From Lama guanicoe (Eukaryota): a DNA stretch of 64,000 bases. A program made the translations under genes and the position numbers. Shown piece by piece: positions 51,417-64,000 of this stretch (position 1 is its first letter; each line of letters starts with the position of its first letter). The stretch is taken from the NCBI GenBank assembly GCA_013239625.1, contig MU054391.1, positions 4,981,824 to 5,045,823 of the forward strand. The letters are read 5' to 3'. The notes beneath the pieces were generated by a model that searched no databases, was not told the origin of the DNA, and saw only the letters and a list, made by a program, of their open reading frames with translations.

Positions 51417-51581
51417 CTTCCAGTTTCTTGAGTAAGAAGGACTTCCCGCTCCCCCACTGCGCGTACAGCCCCACGCAGATGGGCGGCTGCATGGTGGGCT
51501 CGCTGAGGATGTCTGCCAGGGCGCTGCTGTACAGATCGTAGCCCAGCACGTCCCCGCCGGTCTCGGTGGGGGACAGGTGTC
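51417..51581 (-). CDS. KIDINS220: Exon ~13, KAP NTPase Walker A (AQWGSGKS): (R)[14 protein letters not shown]...LKKLE
   Basis: ctcacag|GA ... GAAG|gtaaag; 165 nt, phase 1-1. Confidence 0.98.
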
Positions 51582-51734
51582 CTGTGAGTGCAAGCACACC
51601 ATCCCTTACGGTGAAAAGACATCACTACCAGAAAGGAACATCAACCCTCATTTATTAATTGCTTATTTAATGAGAGAAAAAACACATTTTAAATGGTCAG
51701 ACCTGTGTAAAAATAGGTTCAGAGATTCTCAATA

Positions 51735-51921
51735 CCATATTTCATAGAACTTAAGATACCTACTAACTGTAAGATGCATCATTATTACGTACAGCTAAGA
51801 AAGAAAAAAAAAGCCACCAAATTGTGATACAATGTTTTCTTATCCATCAATTATAAGACACATTCCAATTTCAGAGATGTTGAAATGTGGAATAAGGTAC
51901 ATTTTAGAATCTGGAAAATGA
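51735..51921. mobile_element. MER104-like Tc2 MITE
   Basis: TA-ccatatttcatagaacttaagat start with a complementary end region ttttagaatc...aaatg. Confidence 0.55.
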
Positions 51922-51924
51922 TTA

Positions 51925-52760
51925 AAACAGAAACTAGCCCATAGGAATCAATTTAATATGCATAATACCTACATAAAGAAGGCTGTACAATGTTAGTGAA
52001 GAATACAGCAGATAAGCAGAGAAAACAGACAATTCTATGGTTCTAGGCAGAAAGGTTCAATGACTTAATGACAGCAATTCTCCCCAAATTAATCTAGCAC
52101 TTTAAGGCAATTCCAATAAAAACCCATGAGAATATTTTTAAAAATTGAAAAGCAAGAAGAACATGTAAGAATAGCTATGAAAAAAAAAATTCAAAGACTA
52201 CCAAAAAGTCTTTGGAGAAGAATCAAAATACATCCTAAAGGTACAATAACTAGAACATCACAGGGCTCACACAGGACAGTAACACAAGTGGCTTCTCAAG
52301 TCAGCGGGGAAAGGATGAATTAGTAAGTGGTTTGGGAGAAGTCAGCCATTCAGTTTTTTTTTTTTAAATAAATAAAACTCTACACCTCATACTTCAACAA
52401 AAATAATTTCTGAAACATTAAAAAAATTAAATGTAAAAAGTTTAAAACTATAAAGGTACTAGAAGAAAACATAAGAGAAAAAACTTTTAAAACCTTTGTG
52501 TGGAAAAGGCCTTTCTTTCTTAATATAATACTAAAGCCAGAACTGCAGGAGAAGATCAACACATAAACTACAAATTTATATAATTTTGGATGGGGAATTA
52601 AAAACCATCACCTTAAACAAACAATAAGCTGGGAAGTGAGACACAATACACAGGCTGGATCCAGGATCAATATCCTTAATATATAAAGACACAAAATCAG
52701 TTTTTAAAAAATTTTTAGAATGCTACAATACAATGCAAAAGAGCTTTAGACAAGGAGAAA
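51925..52760 (+). mobile_element. Highly decayed L1 ORF2 fragment
   Basis: caattctccccaaattaatcta, aaaactataaaggtactagaagaaaacataagagaa; boundaries approximate. Confidence 0.65.
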
Positions 52761-52904
52761 CTACTTGTCTACAGTAAAACAACAACATTCTCAGCTTTAA
52801 ACATCTCCAGGTAAGTGATAAATGTAAAAGTGCTGTTGGTCTCTTAGTTTTTTCATAGACATTCATTTCTTAACAGCTAGTCAGGGACAAAACCCAATAC
52901 TTAC

Positions 52905-53082
52905 TGGCTCCAAATATTTGAGTTAAAATACTTTTCTGATGGCTACAGTCAATGTTGTAGGGGGTCTCGCCTGCTTTGTTGGGCCTGTAAAGTAACCGTC
53001 CATCTTTGGGGTTTCTTAAAAGAAGTTCTGCCAGTTTCCGACTCCTCCCACGAATAGCAATATGCAAAGGGGTGTCTCCTTT
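52905..53082 (-). CDS. KIDINS220: Exon ~12, last ankyrin repeats: [11 protein letters not shown]...ILTQIFGA
   Basis: ttttacag|AAA ... GCCA|gtaagt; 178 nt, phase 0-1. Confidence 0.98.
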
Positions 53083-55911
53083 CTGTAAAACAGCGCCAGG
53101 AAACTTGAACTTCCACATTTTTTACATACAGTATATACAGAGTAACAACTTTCATGTTTCTATAAAATAACAGAAAATCTGAACTTTTCATATTTTTCAT
53201 TAAAAATGCACAGATAATACGAGTTTTCATCTCCACCTCCCCTGCAATGTCTCTCTCTAGCTCCCTCCCTAGCTTTTCCCAGGCACTCTTTGCCACACAG
53301 CCCTCTAGACTGAAAGAGGACAAGCCACAGGCTTTTTCCTTGTGGCTCCTCCCAGGCCCTGGATCTATTTCCATCCCGTCCATCATCCAAATACTTCTGT
53401 CCACAGATGTCAACCACCTTCCTCAACTAATTTATATTCTACTTCACAATGTTTTTCTCCATTTGTCTAGAAAGCTTCTCAACCCACGCTGACGTGCCAC
53501 TAGCACGAGCCCTCTTGCCTCTCCCCACGCCCTCTATCACCACGATGCTCCATCTGCAGACTCCCTCCCTTGGAGGCCTTTACGTTGTATCCATCCTTCT
53601 CTGGCTATTACAACCTCTTCCCTGGTCAGCTCTCACCTCTCCTTAACATTAGCCTCCCTTCCTCCCTTATTAGGACCTCCAATCACATTGGTATTCACAT
53701 CCATGAATGATAATTAACATTAAAAAAAATTCAGCCTGCAAAGTGCTCTCCCACTCTACTTCATAAACACCGCTCTTAAAGACAATGGCCCAAAAGTTAA
53801 CAAATTAAATGCTCGGTTCTTGCCCACCCTGCTCTCTCCAGAACACTAAATGGGAATGATGTGCACAGCTCTTCCTGCAGATTCCACAGCACGACCTTAT
53901 CTTGACTCTGACTTTCCTTTTCTGCCTCAGGTCTACTTCTTCCTCTTCTAGATTCTCTCCCTACATCCTAAATATGGCACAATAACTCTGTACCGAACTC
54001 ACTATATGGAAGGCATTGTGCTGGATAGTTCAGGGGATATAAAGAAGACAGACAAAACAGTCCATGACTAACTCGGTGACAACTGAATTTGGAAAGACTG
54101 GATAAATATGCACAATTATAAAACAAACCAGAATGTGACAGACGTCATAAATAAAGTTTGACCTCAGCTTTCATCTTTCTTTCAAACTGATTACCTTAGT
54201 CACATCCACGTGGCTCTTATCTCTTGCTCTTGGTAACCAACTGCAAAATTCCTATCAGCAGCCTTGATTTCCTGCCCAGATTCTATTCCCAAGGCCTGTT
54301 GGCCACAGCCTTCTGAATGTCTGATAACAAACTAAATACATCTAAACTGAATTTCATCATCTTATTTCTCCACCTGAATCCCATTCCTTATCCCCAAACC
54401 TGCGAGAAGGCAGAAATATCATCAGTGGTATGTCAGCCAGACACAAAATTTCTGAAAATGCAGAAAAGACATTAACATACCCTGCCATCACTTTGAAGAT
54501 ACACAGAGCTCAGTGATTGGCTTGGGCTAGGTAAAAATAACATTAATCTTTGCTCTTAAATTTTTTTTAATGAAATCCTCTATGAAGAGACAGGTTCAAG
54601 ACTTTTACAAGTTGGTATTCCAAATTCTAGCAAGCAGCACCGTACCCATCCTTAGCAAATATGTATGAATGAATGAACATTCATTCCAAGAACATTCTGA
54701 GTAACACGAGTGCTTATCAGCAAGTATGTGCTGACTCAGGGCAAAGCAATATACAACACGATTCCAAGAGAGAGTCCTTCAGGGAACTTAATGATTATGA
54801 AACAGTTATTTATAAATGGCATGCTACAGAATTAACAAGGCCATTAGAACCTTAAAGGGCACCTAGTCCAGTGGTTCCTTGCTGCAAATTAGGGGACCAG
54901 TGCCAAAAATCAGTCAACAGCAGAATGAGAAAAACAGAAAGTTTTCTTGAAAGTTAAATACATTCCATTTCAAAAACTTCTCTTTGACTTTATGGCCTTT
55001 CTAATTTTTTAATATTAAAATTTTTCTTTATATTTTCTTTCTTTTATATGAAAATAATCATTGCCTGATTAATAAATAATATTTATTATACTATAGTATT
55101 AATTAATAAATATTAATTAATAAGGTAATGATGGGAGGTATTTATGGTATTTTTTAAAATACTGTTGCTTGATAAAATAAAAAGCAAATAAATATTAATT
55201 CTGCAGTTTTTGTTTAACTGTCTCATGAATAATAGAAAGATAAACTTCAACCTATTATAGATTATTCAAATCATATTCTATATCTAGCTGTACATTTAGA
55301 GGGAAAAATCTATAATGTTTCTTAGTTCATAGATAAATCAATTCACCTTTCTTCTGAGAGGAAATCAATTTGAAGCAGAGAAAGAACTCTGCTTAAAATG
55401 AAAACAAACTAAAACCAGGAATCAATTCTGTATGAAGTAAGTAATTTAGAGTCAAATTTATTATGGAAAATGTGAATATTTCTCTAAGATGATCACGGCA
55501 AGGACGTCTGGCAGGACACCTCCGCTCCTGTTAGTGAGCGTTAGTGCCAACCTGCTTGGAGAGCCTCCCACCTCCAGCCCCTCTGGACTCCTCCCTCCTG
55601 TTTGCCTGCAACAAGGTCTGCAGCTGACGACACCCTCCCTGCATGGCGGGCCCAGCGGCGGCACCGGTATGAGCTGGAGAAGGAGCACATGCCGCAGCTT
55701 CTTTAATAGCAAACTGAGCCCGCCCACCCCTCAGATGCTATCAGGACAGCCAAGAGGATAACACAGCATCAAAATCCCACCCAGAAATCCCCGGCAAGTA
55801 ATCTCTCTCTCCACAAAAGACAATCAGACGCCCGTTAAGTCCACCAAACGTACAGGTCAGCCCACCACAGCCCTCCGCCAAAGCATCCTGCTCGCCGCAC
55901 GGGGGTCTTAC

Positions 55912-56010
55912 CTTGTCCACAGCAGACACTTTGGCCCCTTTATCGAGCAGCAGCTCGACTACTTCAATATTTCTCATCTTGGTAGCCTTTATAAGAGGTG
56001 TTTCACCATC
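55912..56010 (-). CDS. KIDINS220: Exon ~11, ankyrin repeat: [33 protein letters not shown]
   Basis: cacag|GAT ... AAG|gtaaga; 99 nt, phase 0-0. Confidence 0.98.
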
Positions 56011-57295
56011 CTGTGCACACAGATAAGAATGTTTGCCAGATTAATACCTTTACTCCTAAATGTCTAAAGTCACATAAACACACATGTCAAGAATTCAAGC
56101 ATCTGACCAGTCTGTACTGAAAATATTCTCAACAAAACAGAGTTGTAAAAACTAACAAGAATGTGCTTTTCCTTTCACAACCAATATTTGTATCAAAATA
56201 CCCTTACATCACTCAGGCTGGCAAGGGATGTGCCCCGCTGCTCATCAGCTGTTTCCGCCCTGAGCTCGCTGCTCCTGCCATTCCCCAAGTCCCCCCGCTG
56301 ACACCTGGGGCAGCTCCTCCAGAGCTCCGTCCCCTTCTCACCATCTCCCCACCACCAACCACCACCCAGCCTGTCAGTGTCCAGGCACCCAGCATCTAGA
56401 TTTTCCGATGTTTATACCAGCACCTCCGTGCACCTGAAGACCTGAGTATAAGAGGGTAAACAATTTGATACAAGCAGTATGCCTTCGGAAACCTCAAAGG
56501 AGTTCATAACTGCTTTCAAAATCAAATTAAGAGAAATAAGAAGAGATCATAGTTCTGCTTTAAAGAGCAAAATTTGGTCAGAAGCCACATGCGGCCACAG
56601 TAGCCGACACATAGGTCCAAAAGAAAAAGAAACTAGATTACCAAGGAGCCACCACGTGCAAACCTGAAGGCATCCCAGGAAACGCTCCGCCCTAGGGCAC
56701 TCAGGGCACCGCTACTGGTTTAGAAGATGCTGCTCCAATCCCCAGCATATAAAACGGGACTGTCTTATAGGTGATTCTGTAAGTATGCTTTATTCATTAA
56801 GAAATCCTCCCATTTCAAGCCAGAATTTCAAATGTATTTTTCCCATGGAAAACTATTACACATAAGGCCAAATGCAATCACCGAAGTCGTAAACAGTTTT
56901 ATACTTTTCACATGATTTGAGTAAAACAGACTAAAGTGGTCAGTTTGGGGAACCAATAACCACTCACAAAGACCTTTTAGAAGGAAATGTGCTCTGCATT
57001 CCAAACAACAGGAGCATAAAATAATTCTGAGGAAATGACCTGCCCACAATTTCTGAATAGCTGATACCGTACTTTCTGAAAGAATTTAATTAAAGTAACA
57101 ACTGTACACCGTATTCTGCTGCTGTGAATGCTTAACTCCTAAGAGGATACAAAATTACTCCTCAGTTTAACACAGAATTTTACCAGTAAAATCAAGATAA
57201 TTTTAATATCAAACAATTGTGAAAACTGAAAAAAAAAAAAGCAGTACCAATACTCAGCACTAGGCATCGCTAAGAGAAAAGAATGTCATCCGTAC

Positions 57296-57394
57296 CTTTG
57301 TGCATATCTCAGTGTCTGGATTGCACTGTAAGATGTCTCTCACCATTGTTGCATTTCCTTTCTCAACAGCCCAGTACAAAGCAGTTTTATTGTC
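57296..57394 (-). CDS. KIDINS220: Exon ~10, ankyrin repeat: [33 protein letters not shown]
   Basis: ttcctag|GAC ... AAG|gtacgg; 99 nt, phase 0-0. Confidence 0.98.
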
Positions 57395-59314
57395 CTAGGA
57401 AATAAAAAAAATCAACAATTACTTCAGACAAGACATAATCTTAAAAACTATTGTTGGTAAATGTCATCATTATTAACAATTCTGTCAGAATGCATTAATA
57501 GATCTTACCAACAAGCAGTATGGTGGAAAAGAGTTTTAATCCTTATTGTATCTTGCATTTACTTGTGAGAAATTCTTAACAAAAGAGGCCTAGGAAAACT
57601 TTCAGTTACTTGACTTGGAAAGCAGCAACTCCAATAGTTGGTAAGGTAAAGTATGCTTTGGAATTCGATCAGATTTCAGGACCTTGCCCTGTGTTGGAAG
57701 CCGTCACTACCTGAGCTCTATATCCTTTGATAAGTCATGTACATATTCTGACCCTTGGCTTTTGGCTTCTTCTCTGTCCAGTCTTTTCAAAAACTAATGC
57801 ATGAGAATGTACTACACCAACACAAGGTGAATCGCTTTGATTATTTTTAGCTTTTTAATTCTCCATTTTGCACCCATGTACTGATCTTCATCAGATCCTT
57901 TAAAATCCTATCTAGTTCGAAAACCAAAAATAGATTCATATGGACTTTGAAAGCAGACCTCGAGAACAATAAACTGACTAAAATGTAGGAAAAGAGAATT
58001 GACCGACAGCAACGAGTTAGGTTAAAGTCTAAACAGGTGATCCAGTCACTGACTTTTAGGAAAATATATTATCTTAAAAGATCATGAACAACGTTGTGCT
58101 GCAGCCACATGAAGTTTCCTATACCAAGATTTCCCCAGTGGTGTTCCCTTCTCAAAACTGTACACTAGCTTCCGAACTTTCTAAGCTTGGCACTCAAACC
58201 TCACTGGCCCTACATCTCTTTCTATTTCCATTCCCCCATCCCCGCCATCCCACTGACAACCTGATTTATTCACCAGCTAAGGAGTGCAGTCCTTCACTTT
58301 CCCATTTTCCTGAATTTTCTCATCCCATCACTCCACCATCCTTGCCGGAAACACCCAGCCTTCCTTTCTTCTCCTATCTAAATCCAACCCATCTTTCAAA
58401 CTTGGTTCAAATTCTACCTTCCCTCAAAAGCTGTCCTCAGCGCCCACTCTCCCCCCTCAAGACTCTGCCATTGGGTGGTCAATTATACACTACCTTACAT
58501 CAAAAGCAGCATCACTCTTTATGTTTATGTAAGAACATAAGAATAAACATAAACAAAACAAACTAAACTTTCCTAACTAAAATATATGTTTCTTACAGGC
58601 AAGGGACCCATGTTAGGACTCTCATAGCACTTGGCATAGTATTTATTAGTTTGATTCAAAAGTTGATTTGGATATAAGCTAAATAAAAGGAAAAAACTGA
58701 GCAGAAATGTAGACTGTCCAACAACAAAATGGGCTGTTAAGTACAGATTCTTTTGAATCTCTTGACATACTGGATAAACTCATAACTTTAGGGAAGCTTT
58801 CATCTAAAATTAATGCCCTTTACAGCTCTGTGAGCTATGACTGCCTTAATCAAAGTCCACAGGCACCACCAAGTGGTCCCGGGAAGGGCAAGCAGAATGG
58901 GGAAAAGGGAGAAGAAAGACAAACCAACAGGAATAGAAGAACAAAATACAGATGAAGAAAACAAAGCAGAGAGAGAATATGAAAGAAAATAAGCCACATA
59001 TACTCTAAGTGCCACCAACTGTCTCAGCACCATAAACTAGGTATTTTAGGATTAAATGTATTTAGACGCTAGTAAGGGAGGTGTATCTAAAAATCATGAG
59101 CTTCTTTCTGGTTTACTTCTATTTAAACCTAATTTGACATTAGTACAGAAATTCCATCATAATGGCGGTGAAACTTAACAATACAGGCAGCCACTAACTA
59201 CATGAGGCTTGTACGTTCATCTCCACAGGAAAGCTGGAAAAATGACAGTATAATCAGCCAACATACAAGACCAACTGTACTCAAAGATAACAGCAGCACT
59301 GTAGTCACACACAC

Positions 59315-59413
59315 CTGTCCTCTGATGTCTATATCAGCATATTTTTGGAGAAGTGCTCGAACAATTTCCACGTGACCACCTCTGACAGCCCCAATTAACA
59401 CAGTATCTCCGCT
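59315..59413 (-). CDS. KIDINS220: Exon ~9, ankyrin repeat: [33 protein letters not shown]
   Basis: tttttag|AGC ... CAG|gtgtgt; 99 nt, phase 0-0. Confidence 0.98.
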
Positions 59414-60349
59414 CTAAAAAGACAAAAAGACAAACTGAGGATGAGAACAAAAAGCACTGTTCTGAAGTTAATATTAATCATGTGTTAAAATAAGACTTTT
59501 TTCTGAAAAATGTCTTGGGAAAAAGTTATCTCTAAATAACAGAAAATGTTTAGTTAACTAATATTAATACCTGATATTAACAGCCTTAAGAATAAAAGAC
59601 AGAAGACTTTATACCTCAGAATGAGGACATTTACACGTGAAATCCCAGGACAAAAGTTTAGAAGGATAAGTCACCCAGAACAATAAGCCTTTCTCTTCAA
59701 AGGTAACCTCCCATTACAAAAGTAAATTAAATAAAGTGACACAGTGGCTGTCAATCAACCAGATGAACACGGGCAATTTCATAATACAGATCCCTTGGAA
59801 TAATGCTACATGATCAAAACCATGGGTTCTAAAAAAGAGAGTCATAAAGCTAGAGCCATCTGTGGATTTATAACCACATGTAATTAGGGGAGAAGGTTAG
59901 TTCCCAGAACAGCATCTAAAGTCTATCCATTTGGCATTACAGGCCCACAGTGCACAAGCCTGGCTCACACGCCAGTACAAGGCTTAGATGAAGTTCATTA
60001 CCTCATAAGGACATCTCTGCCCTGAAATTACAGTCACCAAGCAATAATCATTATTAATTATATATTCCTCTACTTCAAATACTGGAAATGGCCTTTTTTT
60101 TTAATGCTAAATTATAATTCAGTTGTACAGGTTTGCGCTGGGCAATTCCATGAGCTGCGGTTCATCTCAATCCTAAGTGGGCCCCAGTCGGCTCTAAATC
60201 AAGACGCAGGTCCCCGAGGATTATTCAGTCTATGATATAGTATCTTAAAACTACTACATTAAAAGTATAAATAAACCCATGGCAGACACATTTTAGTTGA
60301 GAATGTTAGCATTAATGTGGGTCCAGACTAGTAAATTAATAAAAGGTTA

Positions 60350-61385
60350 TAAATATTTCATTGCTTACTATGTGCCACGCACACAGTTCTAGGCCCTAGG
60401 AAGTAAGACAGACAAGATCCCAGTTCCAGGAGAATTACTGTCTAGAGGAGACTAACAGACAACATACAATAAACACAAATAAAGACTCAGATACGTGTAA
60501 TGCAAATAAAATACAGTGACATGATAGAAAGTGACTGGGTGGCTACTTTGGGTTGGCTAGTTGGAGAAGTCCTTTCTGAGGAGGTGCTACTTAAGCTGAG
60601 ATCAGAAGGACAAGGAGGAGCCAGCCACATGCGGGTCAGGAAGCCCAGCATCCCAGACAGAGCACAGGTACAGAGGCCCCAAGCCAGCAACACGATCAGT
60701 GTGGTCAAGAAAGGGAAAGTAAGTTAAAATGGCTGCAACCTGTTGAAACAGGAGGGAGAGAGGTACAAAAGGAAGACAAAGAGCCAGGCAAGACAACGAC
60801 GTGCAGCGCTGACAAACTAAGGAAGTCACATCCATCCTATGAGCAGGAGGAAGCCTTAGATGACTTTAAAACAAAGGAGTACACATACGATGTATTGCTT
60901 CAAAGATCACTCTGAGAACAGTGTGGAGAATAAATCAGAGATGACGAGAAAAGCCAGGGAAGGTGCTGCTGCTGTAACAAGGGAGGCGGTGGCTTGGAGC
61001 AGGAGGTGTAGCGGAAGGGAAGGGAAGCGGACAGATAAAGGACACGGTCTGGAGGGGGGGTCAGTGGAGCCCGCTGAAGAACTGGATGTGGCAGGTGAGG
61101 AAAAGAAGCCACCAAGACTAATGTGCAGGACTGGGGGCTTTAACAGCAGGGTGGAGAGCAACGCCGTTTACTGAGATGGAGGAGACTGAGGGAAAAGCAG
61201 GACTGGGGTGAAACAAAGACGACACCTGCTCTGCCGTAAGTGAAGAGGCCCAGCAGACACTCAAGTGGAGAGTTCAAGCAGAGCTGGACACGCGAGTGCA
61301 GACTTCTGAGAAGAGGTCAGCGGAAGAGACACAAATTTGAAAATTCTAAGTGTAAGGGTGGTACTTGCAGGCCTTGGAACAATGA
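60350..61385 (-). mobile_element. L2a fragment
   Basis: aaatatttcattgcttactatgtgcca, ctttctgaggaggtg...ttaagctgagatc, aaagatcactctg, tttactgagatgg. Confidence 0.8.
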
Positions 61386-61634
61386 ATAACACCAACCGTG
61401 AAACGACACAGTTTCAATATCACATTTTCAATTAACAATATTATTTGAAAAAAATTAAAAAGAACCCCCTTCACAAAGACTGAATAGTTTTTAACTATTT
61501 AGTTCTAAAGGCAGAAATAAAACATCTTAAAACAAATGTTTGTCACGCATGAAGAATCCTGAAAGGTGGTGAGAGACTAAGGTAACCGTCATCAATGCCA
61601 CCACTGGAAGACAAATTCTACATAAGTAACCTAC

Positions 61635-61832
61635 CCTGTCAGGTATGTTCACATATGTCCCAGCATCAAGTAGATCCTGCACAATTTCTGTATGTCCCTC
61701 CTTTGACGCAATCATCAAAGCTGTGTTCCCATCCTTATCTGTCAAATTCACGTTTGGATTCCTCTTCAAAATTTCTTTTACAGACTGTGTGTAGCCTCCC
61801 TTTACTGCCACAATAAGTGCAGTCATTGAATT
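61635..61832 (-). CDS. KIDINS220: Exon ~8, two ankyrin repeats: [13 protein letters not shown]...YVNIPDR
   Basis: tttttag|AAT ... AGG|gtaggt; 198 nt, phase 0-0. Confidence 0.99.
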
Positions 61833-63522
61833 CTAAAAAACAAACCAAAAAAAAAAATTAGTAATTTTAGGAAATATATAACTTAAGCCATAATCAAAAA
61901 ACTGGTATTTTCAAATAGGTGGCCTATTATTAACAGTTATTTCTGACAATAAAATGCCAGTGTAAATCAGCAAACGTACATGAAAAATGGCCAGGAAGCG
62001 TATTTTTCCATTTTTGAAGATACACAAATCCTCTTCAGCCAGTAGGACTGTTTTAACATTCAATTCTTTAAACGATAATCTGAAATTGGACTCTCATTAA
62101 AGTACTGACGTGTAAAACTGGTGATAGGATGATTCAAAATTAAACACATTCTAAAGAATCCAAAGTAAGGTCAATCAGACTTCAAACAGAACTCTCTATA
62201 ATAAAATCTATAGGAAAAACTGAAGTAAAGCCATGAATTCATAAGCTGTAGAATATTTCAATAAAAATAATTGCATTTTCTTCTGCCTTTCACAGTGATC
62301 TAGAAACCACACTTTCAAGCTATCTTATTTTTAGTGGTTCTCTTAAAAAAAAAACTGTACATTTAATTTATAACAATAAATCACCTAACAGAAGAATCTG
62401 ACTCACTACAAAAGAAGTATTAAAATTTATTCTTGAGATTTTGATCTACTGAGATGTCATACAATTTTATTATAGAAATATTCCGGTTATTGTATCAGCC
62501 CCCCAAACTAAGCCATAATTCTCTCAATATTAAGATAACACAGCCTTTTCAGATTCTTTAGCAGTCAGTAATCATAGAGACAAGACACTCAGCTACTCGA
62601 TAAACTGTCCAGAAAGGAGGCACGTGAAAGGTATGACTTCCACGGCTGGGTAAGAATCACGCTGCACCTCCACACAGCACTAAAACATTATACACCCCCT
62701 GAAGGTCAGCAATTAGTAGCTTCTGTCAACATGGAAAACAGGAGGAGCTAGCTGGTATTATGCCAAGAAGTCAAGCATGATTTCGAGTTCACTTTTGTTA
62801 CACAGCAGCCAGAGATTTGGTAGCAACTCTTCTCAGCATCCTTTATGATCCGTCTCATATAATACTTAATTATGTAAATAGAAGTCTGTATTGTTTCCTG
62901 TGCACAAATGTCATCTCCTTTAACCATATCCTTACAAGTTCAAGAGAAAAGCAGCCTGACAGGCTTCTCCAGTATCCCCAGCACGTCTGGCACAAGGCTG
63001 CATGCACATCAGGTACTCAATAAGGAATCAATAACTGCTAGTCAGTAACATACACTGAACCAACTTTCAAGCTTTTCTAGATGTTGATCACTGATTTTTG
63101 ACTTTTTCAAATCTGTCTATTAGAGAACGAAAACAAGTCACAGCTAAAAATATCAAAAAATTATATTATGTTTACATTGTAAAGAAAAGATATTTTAACA
63201 GAACAAAAATTCTTTCCACAGCAGTATTTCAAACTATTTGATTTGGGGAGTATTGTAATTACATTAAGATTACTAAAAGATATTCTGTATAGTTTTAACC
63301 TCCCAAAATTTCTGTGCATTAGCAATAAATCCTTAAAAGCACATGTTTATTAATACCTAGTATCTATAATATATTTATCAGGTTAAATGAAAGTATTTGC
63401 TTTTTAACCACCATTTAAGAACTGCAGGGAAATTTTTCTCGGCACATAATAAGGAAAAAATATCCTCTCTCTTAAAACTAAAAATCTCCACCACCAGTGG
63501 TTAAAGTAGAAGAGATACTTAC

Positions 63523-63621
63523 GGCTCCTTCTTGATCAACATCAGCTCCCATGGCCAATAAATGTTTGACACATTCCAAATGGCCCTTTCGTGCAGCCCA
63601 AACCAAAGGGGTGGTTCCATA
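63523..63621 (-). CDS. KIDINS220: Exon ~7, ankyrin repeat: [33 protein letters not shown]
   Basis: tttaatag|TAT ... GCC|gtaagt; 99 nt, phase 0-0. Confidence 0.98.
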
Positions 63622-64000
63622 CTATTAAAAAATAATAAATTCATAATTATTATCAAAGGTATACTAAAAGAAACTAGCTCTCAACACACTTTGAGTATTC
63701 ATTGATTATTGCTTACATCAATCATATAACCCCAGACATATTTTTCCCATTTTATTTTTCCTGAATAGATGGTTAACTACTTCATGAAATGTATTTTAAC
63801 CAACTTTAACTGTTACAATCAGTGACAATTTTTCCAGCACAAAGTCATAAAGCCTTTAATTTCTAATAAGCTTTCTTTACTTCCCTTATCTTGTGAAATA
63901 CAATCTAAAGTCCAACAGTCTGACTATAGTCAAAAATAGTAACAACCAAGTGCCAAACATGGTTCTAACTACTTTATGTGGGTTAACTCATGTAATCCTT

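Larger units (their letters stand above)
1..64000 (-). other. KIDINS220: KIDINS220/ARMS gene body (internal portion; both ends lie outside the window)
   Basis: 24 minus-strand exons with AG/GT boundaries and compatible phases splice into one continuous protein matching recalled KIDINS220, from YGTTPLVW to PHGEPTRR. Confidence 0.99.

Noticed and set aside
55095..55123. AT-only duplicated palindrome tattaattaata
   Set aside because: Low complexity; expected from slippage
58084..58566. 160-aa Pro/Leu/Ser-rich ORF
   Set aside because: Composition explained by pyrimidine-rich, L2-like sequence
1..64000. CRISPR array, operon or other prokaryote-type system
   Set aside because: No regularly spaced repeats or long intronless ORFs; spliced exons and mammalian repeats explain the window

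Overview
Mammalian genomic DNA, AT-rich with sharp GC-rich patches. Three tRNA-Ala-like SINEs of the vic-1 type point to a camelid. The whole window lies inside KIDINS220 (ARMS), encoded on the minus strand. I traced 24 GT-AG coding exons with matching phases: recalled human exons 7-29 (the last one truncated) plus a 33-nt cassette microexon. They cover the ankyrin repeats, the KAP-family P-loop NTPase with four transmembrane helices, the proline-rich region and the SAM-like domain. The introns hold ordinary repeats (L1, L2, MIR, MLT1A, MER31, Tigger1a-like, MER2B, MADE2, MER104). The most notable observations are: local bursts of A/T-to-G/C change affecting exons and an adjacent transposon, an apparently decayed cassette exon, QKI and RBFOX motifs around the cassette cluster, a perfect 17-bp hairpin, and a CTCF-like site with its upstream motif. 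I found no prokaryotic or CRISPR-type feature and no clearly new biological system. Exon numbers, human/rodent protein comparisons and repeat family names come from memory and need database confirmation.
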